A model generated the notes under the pieces. The model was not told the origin of the DNA. It saw only the letters and a program-made list of their open reading frames with translations, and did no database searches. From contig CAVSGI010000020.1 of assembly GCA_963727445.1 (NCBI GenBank), positions 544,001-608,000 on the forward strand: DNA of 64,000 bases. The letters run 5' to 3'. Of this stretch, positions 54,196 to 64,000 are shown one piece after another (within the stretch, counting starts at the first letter, position 1; the number at the start of each line of letters is the position of its first letter). This stretch comes from an uncultured delta proteobacterium. GTDB taxonomy: Bacteria > Myxococcota_A > Polyangia > Polyangiales > B10-G4. The position numbers and the translations under genes were made by a program.

Positions 54196-54860
54196 TGCAC
54201 GAGCAGCTGCTTGAGTCGCGTGGCTTCACGCATCGAACGCTCCGACTCGATGGCGACGAAGATCTCTTTGGCATCGACGAGCATCTCGACGGCGTCGACG
54301 ACCTGCGTGAGCGCGCCTTCGCCGAGCCGCGTGCGCGCGCCCATCCCGCGAATCCGCAGGTAGGCGAGGGGCCCGCTGGGCACCATGGCATCGAGCGGAT
54401 CGAAGGCGTAGGTGACACCCAGGGAGTCGGCGACGCGTCGTGCTTCCTCCGCCTCCCACAGGCCCCCGGCTTCCCACACCACGGGCACGTCGCCGAGCGC
54501 TGCCTGCACGCGTTCGAAGTAGGCACTGAGCCGCTCGCGATCCTTGGGGCCGGTGCGCACCTCGCCCAGGGTCGGCACCACCACCGCGCGGGCCGCGATG
54601 GCCTTTGCGGTCTGAGCCAGCCATTCGATGTTCGCTTCGAGCGACTCGTCGAGGCGGAGAGGCCCGAGCGCCGAGACGAAGCAACTCCGAGGAGCGGTCA
54701 GCGCCAGAACGAAAGACTCCGGCACATCGTCACGGATCTTGGCGGAGGTCTTCGGCTTGGGGAGCGGAGGCCGAGGCGCGAGCTCCGCGAAGTCGAGGGC
54801 CGCGCGATACTTCGGCCCCGGAGGACGCTCGATCACGGCGCCGACGTGGAGCGAGGTCAT
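54192..54860 (-). CDS. DUF72-like protein
   Basis: VPESFVLALTAP, VWEAGGLW, DPL...YLRIRG; coupled to the NFACT gene. Confidence 0.6.
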   Translation of the reverse strand: MTSLHVGAVIERPPGPKYRAALDFAELAPRPPLPKPKTSAKIRDDVPESFVLALTAPRSCFVSALGPLRLDESLEANIEWLAQTAKAIAARAVVVPTLGEVRTGPKDRERLSAYFERVQAALGDVPVVWEAGGLWEAEEARRVADSLGVTYAFDPLDAMVPSGPLAYLRIRGMGARTRLGEGALTQVVDAVEMLVDAKEIFVAIESERSMREATRLKQLLVQ

Positions 54861-54918
54861 GAGGATGCGGAGCGTAACAGCATTGCAGGATCGTGGCCGG
54901 CTATTTAGTCTCCTTCTC

Positions 54919-55770
54919 GTGCGCCTCCTTGCTTGCTCCATCGCGGTGGCGATCTTCGCCCTGCCTTTCGCTGCGTGTGGAAGCGATCCCCCTTCCTTTC
55001 CGGATCGCGTCTTCGACAGCGGCCTCGAGTGCTCCGACGGGGTGATGGACGGCGGCCAGGACCTCGGGCCGTGCCCGGCGGGTCAGGTCTGCCTCGCAGG
55101 CCGTTGCTACGACGAGTGCTCGGGCAACGCCGAGTGCGCCGTGACCGAGATGTGCGTCGACGGGAGCTGCGTCCCGCGGACCACCCCGCGGCCCGACGGT
55201 GGGCCCATGGACACCGGCCCGCCCGATCCATGTGACGGCGTGACCTGCGAGGGGGGGCAGATGTGTCATCCCGTCGGCGGCGTCTGCGTCGAGTGTCTGG
55301 GCATGACCTGCCCGGCGGCCACACCCATCTGCGATCTCGCGTTCGGGAACTGCGTCACCTTCCGACCGCGCATCTGTGCGCCCTGCAACATCGATGGCGA
55401 CTGCACCGACCCCATGTCGGGCACCGACTACGGCGACTGCGTCATGCGGGACACCTTCTACGAGAAGGTGTGCATGCCCACCTGCATGGATGCGTCCGAG
55501 TGTCCGCCGGGGCTCGACTGCAATCCGGATGGGCGTTGCGGCCCGCGCGTCGGCTCCTGCGCCGGCTTCCTCACCGCGGCGGATCTCCTGCCGTGCACGA
55601 TGGATGAAGACTGCGTGCCCCTCGGCGCCCTGGCGGCGCCCGGCCAGTGCGAGCTGACGACGACGGGCGACGGTGGAACGACCACCGGCGTCTGCCGCCA
55701 ACCATGCGGGATCCCGAGCGACTGCCCGACCGGAACGGAGTGCATTCGCGGCTTCTGCGTGCCACCCTGA
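54919..55770 (+). CDS. Cys-rich repeat lipoprotein
   Basis: Lipobox FAAC; repeated C-x4-C-x4/5-C-x4-C modules. Confidence 0.75.
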   Translation: MRLLACSIAVAIFALPFAACGSDPPSFPDRVFDSGLECSDGVMDGGQDLGPCPAGQVCLAGRCYDECSGNAECAVTEMCVDGSCVPRTTPRPDGGPMDTGPPDPCDGVTCEGGQMCHPVGGVCVECLGMTCPAATPICDLAFGNCVTFRPRICAPCNIDGDCTDPMSGTDYGDCVMRDTFYEKVCMPTCMDASECPPGLDCNPDGRCGPRVGSCAGFLTAADLLPCTMDEDCVPLGALAAPGQCELTTTGDGGTTTGVCRQPCGIPSDCPTGTECIRGFCVPP

Positions 55771-55799
55771 CCCCCTCCAGCTCTCGAGAAGAGGTATTG

Positions 55800-58700
55800 A
55801 TGCGTCGCCGACAGTGGATCGTGATCGGCCTCGTGGCGTCGTTTGCCGCGTGGGTCTCCCCCGAAATCACGGCTCAGAACCCCGACTGGCCCCCCAGCCC
55901 GGGGTCGACTCCCGCGGACCTCGCGGATCCGGCGACCTGGCCCGACGATCAAGGGTTCGGGTACGACATCGAGGGCGACGGCGAGTCCTGCTCTGCGGGC
56001 TCGGTCTGCTGGAGCAGTCGGACCGGGGGCAACTGGAACTACTGGTCGTGGACGCCGCCCCAGGCCGCGGGTCGCGACAGCTTCCGTGATGACGAGGTTC
56101 CCATGGGCTCGGGCTCGTGGACCGACATGGCGTGGCAGCACACCATCGGTGAAAAGTCGGTGGTCATCGCCGTGCTCGACAGCGGCATCAAGTGGGACGA
56201 GCGCGACCTGGTCAACCAGTACTACATCAATCAGACGGAGCTCGAAGCTTCCGGGCTCGACGAGAACTGCCTGCCCGTGCCGCCTGCGGGACACACCGGC
56301 GACCCGATCGACATCGACGGCGACGGCTATCTGACGATGGCCGACTATCTCTTCGGCAAGAGCGCGACCGAAGCCGACATGGTCACGATGGCCATCGATG
56401 GCGCCGGCAACATGAACGGCATCGCCGACCCCGGCGACCTGATCACCCTGTGCAGCGACGGCGTGGACGACGACGGCAACGGTTACGTCGACGACATCTC
56501 GGGTTGGGACACCTACGCCGACGACAACGATCCGATGGACGACAATCGCTACGGTCACGGCACCAGCGAGGCGCGCTGGAGCACGGCGTCCGGCAACGAC
56601 GGCGGCGCCATCGGTCAGTGTCCGGGCTGCCGCGTGCTCATGGTCCGCACCGGTGACAGCTTCATCGTCGATGCGCAGGACTACGCCCAGAGCGTGATCT
56701 TCAGCGTCGACTCGGGCGCGCGCGTGGTCCAGGAGGCGCTCGGCAGCCTCAACAACACGACCTTCATGCGCCGGGCGAACGACTACGCCTACGCCAACGA
56801 CGTCCTGATCATCGCCAGCGCCGCGGACGAGAACAGCTACCACCACAACTACCCGGGCACGGCCAACCACACCCTCTACGTCCACGCGATCACCTATGCG
56901 GGCGGCAATCCGCAGAACGCCGACAGCTATCTCGCGTTCAACAACTGCACGAATTACGGCGGGCAGCTGGTCTTGAGCGCACCGGGGACCGCGTGCTCCT
57001 CCAATGCCACGGGCGTCACCGCAGGGATCGCCGGCGTGGTCTACTCCGCCAGCGTCGCCGCCGATCGCCCAGGCGGCCCGCTGGACCCGCCGCTGTCCGC
57101 AGAGGAGCTGCGACAGCTCCTGTTGATGACCGCCCAGGACATCGACGTCCCCGAGAGCCAGCCGGGCGCGACGGGCTTCGACCGGCGCTGGTATCCGAGC
57201 CGCACGGGCTGGGACCAGCGCTTCGGCTACGGGCGCGTGAACACCTACAACGCCGTGATGGCCGTCCGCAACGGTGCCATCCCGCCCGAGGTGGACATCG
57301 TACTGCCCGACTGGTTCAAGAACGTCTATCCCGACCAGGAGCCGACGGTCTCCATCGAGGGCAGCATCGACGCGCCTCGCGCGCCGGCCTTCGACTACGT
57401 GGTCGAGTGGGCGGCGGGGATCGAGCCCGAGGAGGGGGATTGGCAGACCCTCGCCATGGGCGTCGGTGAGACCGCGCCCATCGAAGGCGAGCTCGCCAGT
57501 TGGGACGTCTCTTCGGTGAACATCGACAACGGAGACGACGGCGGCCCCCACAACCGCTTCACCGTCACCGTGCGCGTGCGGGTGACCGCGAAGTACGCTG
57601 ATCCGATCGGAGACGTGGTGGGTGAAGGTCGTCGCGTGTTCCAGATCGTGCGGGACTCGGACCTCTTGCCCGGCTTCCCGATCGCCCTCGGCGTTCGGAA
57701 CGACGCCGACATCTACCCCGCGGCGAGCGGTGAGGGCTCGGCCAAGCTCGCCGACGTCGACAACGACGGCGTGGTGGAGATCGTCTACGGGGACTCCGAC
57801 GGCCTGCTCCACGCCATCAACGGCGACGCGACCGAGGTAGCCGGCTATCCGATCGCCCTCGGCACCCTCCGCGGCTACGAGGCGTCCGAGCTCTACAACG
57901 TGCTCGACTCCGCCGCCTACGCCACCGGCGCGGTGCCCACCGAGGATCTGCATCCATCGCTCATCCTCAACGCGCCCGCGATCGGCGACCTCGACGGCGA
58001 CGGCACGCCGGAGATCGTGATCTGCACGACCGAGGGCGACATCCACGCCTTCCACGGACCCGACGGGTCGGTGGTGGACGGCTTCCCCATCGCGCTCCCC
58101 GAGGTCCCGAGCGGTGACCCGCTGCGCATGGGGCCGATCAATCCGGGCTCACCCATCGAGCGCGGCGCCATCACCGCCATCACGCTGGTGGACCTCGATG
58201 GCGACGACGCCCTCGAGCTGGTGCTACCGGCCTATGACGGGCATGTCTACGCGTTCCGTGCCGACGGCTCGACGCAGCCCGGTTTCCCCATCGAGGTGAT
58301 CGCGCCCCAGCTCTGGATGGACCCGTCCTCGGCGCAGCCGAGCCGCATCGTGACCCCCGCCGCCGTGGGCGACGCCGACGGAGATGGCATGGTGGACATC
58401 GCCGTCGGCTCGAACGAGGTCGGTGACGACTCGAACAGCGGCGCGGTGCACCTGTATCACGGCGACGGCAACCTCCACGACGGTGGGCCGGAGCACGACA
58501 ACTGGCCGATCACCATCGCCAGCATCAACTTCTATCCCTTCATCGGCGAGGGGATCACGTCGCCGATCGCGATGGCTGACGTCAACGGGGACGACAAGCC
58601 CGACATCGCGGCCGCAGGTCAGGCCGGGAGCATCTTCATCTGGGACGGCATCCAGCCCCCGCGCGACAGCGGGTTCGACGGAATGCCGATCCTCATCCTC

Positions 58701-59516
58701 GACTCCAACGATCGCGGCTACTCGAGCGACGTCTCCGATTCCTTCGACAAGCCCCTGCTCAACACCTTCGCCGCGGGGACCTTCGGCGACCTCGACCAGG
58801 ACGGTCGACCCGAGTTCGTGACCGGCGGCGCGGGGCTGCGTCTCGGTCTCAACCTCGCGGGCGGCTACGCCAACGAGCCCTTCACCCATCAGATCGGCGC
58901 CTGGGAGACGCAGACCGGCAAGCAGCTCCCCGGCTATCCGCACAGCATCGAGGACTACCTCTTCTTCGTGAACCCGACGGTGGTGAACGTCGACGCCGAC
59001 CCGTACCCCGAGGTGGTCACCGGCTCGGGTGGTTACTGGGTGCACGCTTGGGACGCTTGTGGGACGGAGGCCGACGGCTTTCCGAAGTTCACGGGAGGCT
59101 GGGTGACGGGGTCGGTCGGCGCGGGCGACCTGGACGACGACGGTCTGCTCGAGATTGTGGTCACCACCCGCTCCGGCTATCTCTTCGCCTGGAACACCGA
59201 GGCCCCGGTCGATTCGGCGCAGCCCTGGCCCGAGTATCGGCACGACAACCGCAACACCGGCAACTACGAGACGGAGCTGTCCAATGGAGGCGTCGCCACC
59301 TTCGCCACCGAGCCCCTCGACTGCCCGGCGCCGCCCATGATGGACGGTGGCACCGACGGCGGGAGCGACGCGGGGACGGATGTCGGCGCCGAGGGCGATC
59401 TCGGCGGCGGCGGTTGCAGCTGCCGCGTGGCGTCGCGCCCGAAGCCTGCGCCTCTCGGGTTCGGCTTCGCACTCCTCTTCGGAGCGGCGCTCCTGCGCCG
59501 CCGCCGCCGGCGCTGA
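55800..59516 (+). CDS. S8 peptidase-like + FG-GAP repeats + MYXO-CTERM surface protein
   Basis: VIAVLDSG, HGT, FGYGRVN; many DxDxDGxxEIV repeats; tail GGGCSC...TM...RRRRRR. Confidence 0.88.
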   Translation: MRRRQWIVIGLVASFAAWVSPEITAQNPDWPPSPGSTPADLADPATWPDDQGFGYDIEGDGESCSAGSVCWSSRTGGNWNYWSWTPPQAAGRDSFRDDEVPMGSGSWTDMAWQHTIGEKSVVIAVLDSGIKWDERDLVNQYYINQTELEASGLDENCLPVPPAGHTGDPIDIDGDGYLTMADYLFGKSATEADMVTMAIDGAGNMNGIADPGDLITLCSDGVDDDGNGYVDDISGWDTYADDNDPMDDNRYGHGTSEARWSTASGNDGGAIGQCPGCRVLMVRTGDSFIVDAQDYAQSVIFSVDSGARVVQEALGSLNNTTFMRRANDYAYANDVLIIASAADENSYHHNYPGTANHTLYVHAITYAGGNPQNADSYLAFNNCTNYGGQLVLSAPGTACSSNATGVTAGIAGVVYSASVAADRPGGPLDPPLSAEELRQLLLMTAQDIDVPESQPGATGFDRRWYPSRTGWDQRFGYGRVNTYNAVMAVRNGAIPPEVDIVLPDWFKNVYPDQEPTVSIEGSIDAPRAPAFDYVVEWAAGIEPEEGDWQTLAMGVGETAPIEGELASWDVSSVNIDNGDDGGPHNRFTVTVRVRVTAKYADPIGDVVGEGRRVFQIVRDSDLLPGFPIALGVRNDADIYPAASGEGSAKLADVDNDGVVEIVYGDSDGLLHAINGDATEVAGYPIALGTLRGYEASELYNVLDSAAYATGAVPTEDLHPSLILNAPAIGDLDGDGTPEIVICTTEGDIHAFHGPDGSVVDGFPIALPEVPSGDPLRMGPINPGSPIERGAITAITLVDLDGDDALELVLPAYDGHVYAFRADGSTQPGFPIEVIAPQLWMDPSSAQPSRIVTPAAVGDADGDGMVDIAVGSNEVGDDSNSGAVHLYHGDGNLHDGGPEHDNWPITIASINFYPFIGEGITSPIAMADVNGDDKPDIAAAGQAGSIFIWDGIQPPRDSGFDGMPILILDSNDRGYSSDVSDSFDKPLLNTFAAGTFGDLDQDGRPEFVTGGAGLRLGLNLAGGYANEPFTHQIGAWETQTGKQLPGYPHSIEDYLFFVNPTVVNVDADPYPEVVTGSGGYWVHAWDACGTEADGFPKFTGGWVTGSVGAGDLDDDGLLEIVVTTRSGYLFAWNTEAPVDSAQPWPEYRHDNRNTGNYETELSNGGVATFATEPLDCPAPPMMDGGTDGGSDAGTDVGAEGDLGGGGCSCRVASRPKPAPLGFGFALLFGAALLRRRRRR

Positions 59517-59518
59517 GC

Positions 59519-60196
59519 TCAGGGCGCGATCAGCGCGAGGAGCTCGGCCGGCGTGTCGATCACGGCCGCGGCGCCGTGATCGACGAGCTCCTGTCGGTCG
59601 CGGAAGCCCCAGGTCACGCCGAGCGCGCGCATGCCGCTGTTCGCCGCCGTCTGCATGTCGGTCTTGGTGTCTCCGACCATCAGCACGTCGGCGGCCGGCG
59701 CGCCGAGCGCTTCGAGCATCGGCGCGACGACGCTCGGGTCGGGCTTCTTGGCGCCGCCTTCGCGCGCGCCCGCGACCGCCTTCCATTCGTAGCCGCCGAA
59801 GAAGTGCGCGACGAGGACCTGCGTCATGTCGTCGGGCTTGTTGCTGAGGATGGCCATCGGGAGCTGGCGAAGCGCGAGGGCGTCGAGGAGCTCCGCGATG
59901 CCGGGGTAGGGGGCGGTCTTCACGATGAGGTGTTCGCGGTAGAGGGCCCGGAAGCGGGCGAGGTACGCGTCGGTCTGCGGACGGCTCTCCTCGGGCAGGG
60001 CGCGATGGACCAGTTGCCTGGCGCCACCGCCGATGAAGCGCTCGTAGCTGGGAATGTCGTGGGTGGGCAGGCGGTCCTCTTCGAGGACATGGTTCATCGC
60101 CGCGGCGATGTCTTCCACGCTGTTCAGGAGGGTTCCGTCGAGATCGAAGAGGATCGCTCTTGGTCGTAGCTTTTCGGAATTGCTGAGATTGGGCAC
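59519..60196 (-). CDS. HAD hydrolase, phosphoglycolate phosphatase-like
   Basis: FDLDGTL, SNK, KKPDP, VGD...D, GVTWGF; C-terminal part of track ORF 59519..62695. Confidence 0.9.
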   Translation of the reverse strand: MPNLSNSEKLRPRAILFDLDGTLLNSVEDIAAAMNHVLEEDRLPTHDIPSYERFIGGGARQLVHRALPEESRPQTDAYLARFRALYREHLIVKTAPYPGIAELLDALALRQLPMAILSNKPDDMTQVLVAHFFGGYEWKAVAGAREGGAKKPDPSVVAPMLEALGAPAADVLMVGDTKTDMQTAANSGMRALGVTWGFRDRQELVDHGAAAVIDTPAELLALIAP

Positions 60197-60316
60197 GATC
60201 GCCGAGGAGGGTACGTGCAAGGGCGGCAGTGGGGCCAGAGCGCGAAACGGGCTGTGAGCCGTCTGTCCCCATTGACCTGCTTCTCCGCGGTGATGAGTTA
60301 TCCTTTCGAGGCCCCG

Positions 60317-63300
60317 TTGACACTCCCTGCCCGTACTCTGGCGCTGGCACTCCCCCTCGGCCTCGCCATCCTGCTGCTCTCGCCCCCGACGGTGGCGTTT
60401 GCCCAGGGCTGGGGTCTGACCCGCGAGCCGCGAACGAACATGGGCCGCTCGAGCATGGGCCGTTCGAGCATGGGCCGTTCGAGCATGGGCCGCTCGAGCA
60501 TGGGCCGCTCGAGCATGGGCCGGGCGGATCGGGGTGACGGACGCCAGGCCGCGGAAGACCGCCAGGACGAGAGCCGCCGCAGCGCCGTGCTCATCGAGCG
60601 CTACCTCGCGGTGCTCTCCGCGGACCCGCGCGAGTCCTTCGCGCTGACCCGGCTCCTCGATCTCTACCGCGAGCGCGACGGCAACGTGGAGGGGCTGATC
60701 ACCGAGATACGGCGGCGCATGGAAGCGGACGCCTCGGACTACGCGCCGCACATGATCCTCGGCCACGTCTACAAGGCGCAGGGGCGGGCTGGCGACGCCC
60801 GGGCAGAGTACGAGCGCGCCTCGGAGCTGCGGCCCGACGCGCCGGCGCCTCTCGTTTCGCTGGCGCGGATCGCCGTGGGCGATGGGGATCACGCCCGTGC
60901 GCGCCAGCTCTACGAGCGCGCCCTCGAACACACCGCGGAGCAGAACGCGAAGCAAGAGCTGCTCCGCCAGCTCGGCAGCGTGGCGCTCGCCATGGAGGAC
61001 TGGGACGGCGCGCGGGGCTACTACGATCGGTTGGCGCGCGGCGCCCAGGGCAGTGTCTTCCTGCTGACGGAGTACGCGCGCGCGCTGGTGGAGCAGGGGC
61101 AGCACGAGCGGGCGGTCGCCGAGTACGAGCGGGTGATCGGACGGCTCCGCGGCGACAACCGCGTCCTCTCTCCGATCCTCCGCGAGATGGGCGAAGCCCA
61201 GCTCGAGGCTGGCGACCCGAACGCCGCCATCGACACCTTGAACCGCGCGCTGCACCTCACCGGTCGCAACGCGGGTGTGCGCGTGGAGATCTACGACACG
61301 CTGGTGGAGGCATACCGGCGCGGGGACCGGTTGCCCGAGCTCGCCGAAGAGCTCTCTCGTCGCGGGGGCGGCTTCGAGGTGCAGGAGCTCCTGGGTCGCA
61401 TTCACGACGAGCTGGGTCACGAAGCCGAGGCCCTCGCCGCTTACCGTCGCGCCCTCGCGAGCAACCCGCGCCACATCGACACCCGCGTCCGCGTCATCCA
61501 GCTCCTCAGCCGCTCGGGGCGCATCGAGGACGTGATAGCCGAGTACGAATCGTTGATCCGGACCGCGCCGCGCGAGCCGCGTTTCGTGGTCGAGCTCGCC
61601 CAGCTCCTGATGCAGGTCGGCCGGCGTGAGGAGGCGCTGCGCCGCGCGGAGCAGACAAGTCGACACTATCCGCGCGAGGTGGCCGTGCATCAGGCGCTGG
61701 CCGAGCTCTACTCGCGCTGGGGCGAGGACGAGCTCGCCGCCCACGAGGTGGAGCACCTGGCGCGGATCGAGCCCAACGACCCGGCTCATCTCGTGGCCCT
61801 CGGCTCGCAGCAGCTGGAGGCGGGGGATCGCCGCGCCGCGGTGGCCACCTGGCGGCGGATCCTCACCACCACGAACGATCGCGGCGAAGCCCACGCGGCG
61901 CTGGGGGCGGTCTACGCCGACCACGACATGCTCGAAGAGGCGGCGCGCGAGTATCGCGAGGCGGTGAGCATCGCGCCGGAGGAGCTCGCCTACGTGCGCG
62001 GGCTCGCCAACGTCCTCGAGCGTCTGCGTCAGAACGACGAGGCGATTACTCAGTGGGAGCGGGTGCTCGCCCTGGCCGGTGACGACCGGGCTGCCAAGCG
62101 CGAGGCGCGCCAGCGCATCGTCGGCCTGTGGTCCCGCAGCCGGATGCTCGGCCAGCGCATCGCCGAGCTCACCCGGCGTTTCCGCGCCGATCCGCCAGAT
62201 GTCGAGGCGGGGCGCTTCCTCGCCGAGGCACATCGCCGCGCCGGGCCCGAGCACGCCGACGAGGCCGAGCGCGTGCTGGCGCGGGTGATCGCCCTCGAGC
62301 CCGGAGACGTGGAGAGCCTCCTCGCGCTCGAGCGCGTCCGCACCAGTCGGGGCGACCTCGCGGGCGCCATCGAAGTGTTGAGGCTCCTGGTGGAAGCCGA
62401 TGCACGCCGGGCGCCGAGCTATCTCTCGCGCATGGCGGAGCACGCGCTCTCGCTCTACCGCGACGAGGAGGCGGTGCAGTACGCGGCCCAGGCCGTCGAG
62501 CGCACGCCCGACGACGCGAACGCGCACCGGCGCCTCGGCGATCTCTACCGCGCGCGGCAGGACATGGGTCGAGCCATCGCCAGCTACCGGCGCGCGATCG
62601 AGCTCAACGACCGTCTCTTCCCGACCTACTTCGACCTCGCCGAGATCCATCTCGCGCAGGGCGACCTGAACGAGGCGGACCGTCTCTTCCGTCACGTGCT
62701 CTCGGCATCACCCGACGACGATCTGGTCTCCCGCGCGGCGCGCGCGTCGATCCAGATCCACCTCGGCGAGGGCACGCTCCTCGAGCTCGAGCGCGATCTC
62801 TTGCCCCTCGCCCTGGGCCATCCTCAGCGGCCCATCTACCGAAAGCTCGTGGTCGAGCTCTACGACGGGCTGGCGGCCCCCTGGATCGAAGCGCTCGGTC
62901 GCGGCGGTGAGAGCGCGAGCGAGGCGGAGGAACAGCTGCGTCGCCTCGGCACCCGTGCGCTCAAGCCGCTTCTCGAGGCGCTCTCCGACGACGACCCGGC
63001 GCAGCAGCGGGTCGCGGTGTCGATCCTCGGGCACCTCGCCAACGAGAACGCCGCCGCGCCACTCCTGGCGGCGGCGGAGAGCGACGGGGACATGAGTCTT
63101 CGCGTTCGCGCCCTCGCGGCTGCCGGCGCGGTCGCGCCCCCCGATCTCGCCCCGCGTTTTGCGGCCATCGCCGAAGGGCCGGAGCGGCGCTTGCGCGGCG
63201 TCGCCGGCTGGGGCCTCGCAAAGATGGGCGGCCGAGCGGCCATTCACGCGATGCGCGACCTGATCTCCCGCGGCGACCCCAGCGTGCGGGCCTTCGCGGC

Positions 63301-64000
63301 GCTCGGCCTCGGGCGCGCGCGCGATCGGGAGAGCAGCCAGTTGCTCTCCTCGCTCCTGCGCTCCGACCGCAGTGTCTACGTGCAAGCGGCCGCCGCGTGG
63401 GCCCTCGGGCAGCTCGGCGAGGAGCGCCACACCCAGCAGCTGGTCACGGTGCTCCGCGCGAACACCGGGGTCGTGGCCATCGCCGCCGCCGAGGCGCTCG
63501 GGAACATCGGCGATCCGGCCGCGCGCGAAGCGTTGGCGGAGGCGCTCTTCGATGCCGATGCGGACCAGCGGCAAGCGGCCGCTCGCGCGCTTCGCCGTCT
63601 CGCGCGCGGTGAGCGCGCCGAAGCGCCGCGCTTCGCGGTGCTGGCCCCGGGACGGACGGCGGCCGCTTATGTCGCTGCGTTGGTGCGCGCCGCAGACACC
63701 GAGGGGGAAACCGGGCCCTTCGATCTCGCCGAAGACCGCGACGCGCTGCGCGTGGCCGCGATCGACGCGCTCAGGGGACCGGTGGAGCGGGTGGCGGCTG
63801 CGCTCGAGGTGTTGAGTCAGGGCACGGGACCAGGCGTCGGTCTCGGGCCTCTGACCCGGGGGATGGACGCGTGGCCACAGGCGGCGCGCGCCGCCGCCGA
63901 GGAGGAGCTCGGCGAGCTCTCCCACGCGCTCCTCTCCGAGCTGCTGACGGTCGCCCGTCATCCGGCGCCGCAGGTCCGCGCCGCCGCGGTGCAGCTCCTC
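60317..64000 (+). CDS. Giant exported TPR + HEAT-repeat protein (runs off the window; absent from the ORF track)
   Basis: Frame checked by eye at both ends: LTLPARTLALALPLGLAILLL...VAFAQ to ...PAPQVRAAAVQLL; TPR-type AHRRLGDLY, HEAT-type VQAAAAWALG; alternative ATG at 60293. Confidence 0.85.
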   Translation, partial: MTLPARTLALALPLGLAILLLSPPTVAFAQGWGLTREPRTNMGRSSMGRSSMGRSSMGRSSMGRSSMGRADRGDGRQAAEDRQDESRRSAVLIERYLAVLSADPRESFALTRLLDLYRERDGNVEGLITEIRRRMEADASDYAPHMILGHVYKAQGRAGDARAEYERASELRPDAPAPLVSLARIAVGDGDHARARQLYERALEHTAEQNAKQELLRQLGSVALAMEDWDGARGYYDRLARGAQGSVFLLTEYARALVEQGQHERAVAEYERVIGRLRGDNRVLSPILREMGEAQLEAGDPNAAIDTLNRALHLTGRNAGVRVEIYDTLVEAYRRGDRLPELAEELSRRGGGFEVQELLGRIHDELGHEAEALAAYRRALASNPRHIDTRVRVIQLLSRSGRIEDVIAEYESLIRTAPREPRFVVELAQLLMQVGRREEALRRAEQTSRHYPREVAVHQALAELYSRWGEDELAAHEVEHLARIEPNDPAHLVALGSQQLEAGDRRAAVATWRRILTTTNDRGEAHAALGAVYADHDMLEEAAREYREAVSIAPEELAYVRGLANVLERLRQNDEAITQWERVLALAGDDRAAKREARQRIVGLWSRSRMLGQRIAELTRRFRADPPDVEAGRFLAEAHRRAGPEHADEAERVLARVIALEPGDVESLLALERVRTSRGDLAGAIEVLRLLVEADARRAPSYLSRMAEHALSLYRDEEAVQYAAQAVERTPDDANAHRRLGDLYRARQDMGRAIASYRRAIELNDRLFPTYFDLAEIHLAQGDLNEADRLFRHVLSASPDDDLVSRAARASIQIHLGEGTLLELERDLLPLALGHPQRPIYRKLVVELYDGLAAPWIEALGRGGESASEAEEQLRRLGTRALKPLLEALSDDDPAQQRVAVSILGHLANENAAAPLLAAAESDGDMSLRVRALAAAGAVAPPDLAPRFAAIAEGPERRLRGVAGWGLAKMGGRAAIHAMRDLISRGDPSVRAFAALGLGRARDRESSQLLSSLLRSDRSVYVQAAAAWALGQLGEERHTQQLVTVLRANTGVVAIAAAEALGNIGDPAAREALAEALFDADADQRQAAARALRRLARGERAEAPRFAVLAPGRTAAAYVAALVRAADTEGETGPFDLAEDRDALRVAAIDALRGPVERVAAALEVLSQGTGPGVGLGPLTRGMDAWPQAARAAAEEELGELSHALLSELLTVARHPAPQVRAAAVQLL
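60440..60523 (+). repeat. 5.6 x 15-bp repeat ATGGGCCG(C/T)TCGAGC encoding MGRSS
   Basis: Read directly. Confidence 0.95.

Noticed and set aside
55458..58055. Long antisense and alternate-frame ORFs (also 26955-28853, 30329-32542, 45974-47881)
   Set aside because: Expected shadow ORFs in high-GC DNA overlapping well-supported genes
59519..62695. 1058-aa ORF suggesting a giant HAD fusion
   Set aside because: Only the last ~225 aa are HAD-like; the rest is the antisense shadow of the TPR gene

Overview
GC-rich bacterial chromosomal window, very likely a myxobacterium (Myxococcota; inferred from a MYXO-CTERM-like tail, a myxobacterial-type stand-alone PilZ protein, CarD/CdnL, Hanks-type kinases and an FHA-DUF4388 protein). 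It is mostly core genome; no transposase, integrase, prophage, CRISPR, rRNA or tRNA was seen. Contents in order: a menaquinone operon that includes a polyprenyl synthase and a class II HMG-CoA reductase but lacks menB; a PLD lipoprotein; a TetR-HlyD-ABC-TolC exporter; an ATP-dependent ligase with its associated exonuclease; a diguanylate cyclase; a Grx4-HesB-rhodanese fusion; an ArsR-methyltransferase regulator with metH; kinase, Deg-protease and kinase genes; a heme c lipoprotein; a peptidase/PD40/Omp85 protein; prolyl oligopeptidase; rng-pilZ-J domain; cdnL; OmpA/MotB; a KKRAT-repeat histone H1-like protein; RqcH; an S8/FG-GAP surface protein; a HAD phosphatase; and a giant TPR/HEAT gene running off the end. 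The best leads are non-coding: a cdnL leader with mutually exclusive anti-SD folds, a branched RNA behind the H1-like gene, and a long hairpin element near 32.3 kb. The frameshift clusters in the ABC genes and metH mostly look like two synonymous alleles written in tandem, i.e. a strain-mixture consensus artefact rather than true pseudogenes. No database searches were run; all calls rest on motifs read by eye.
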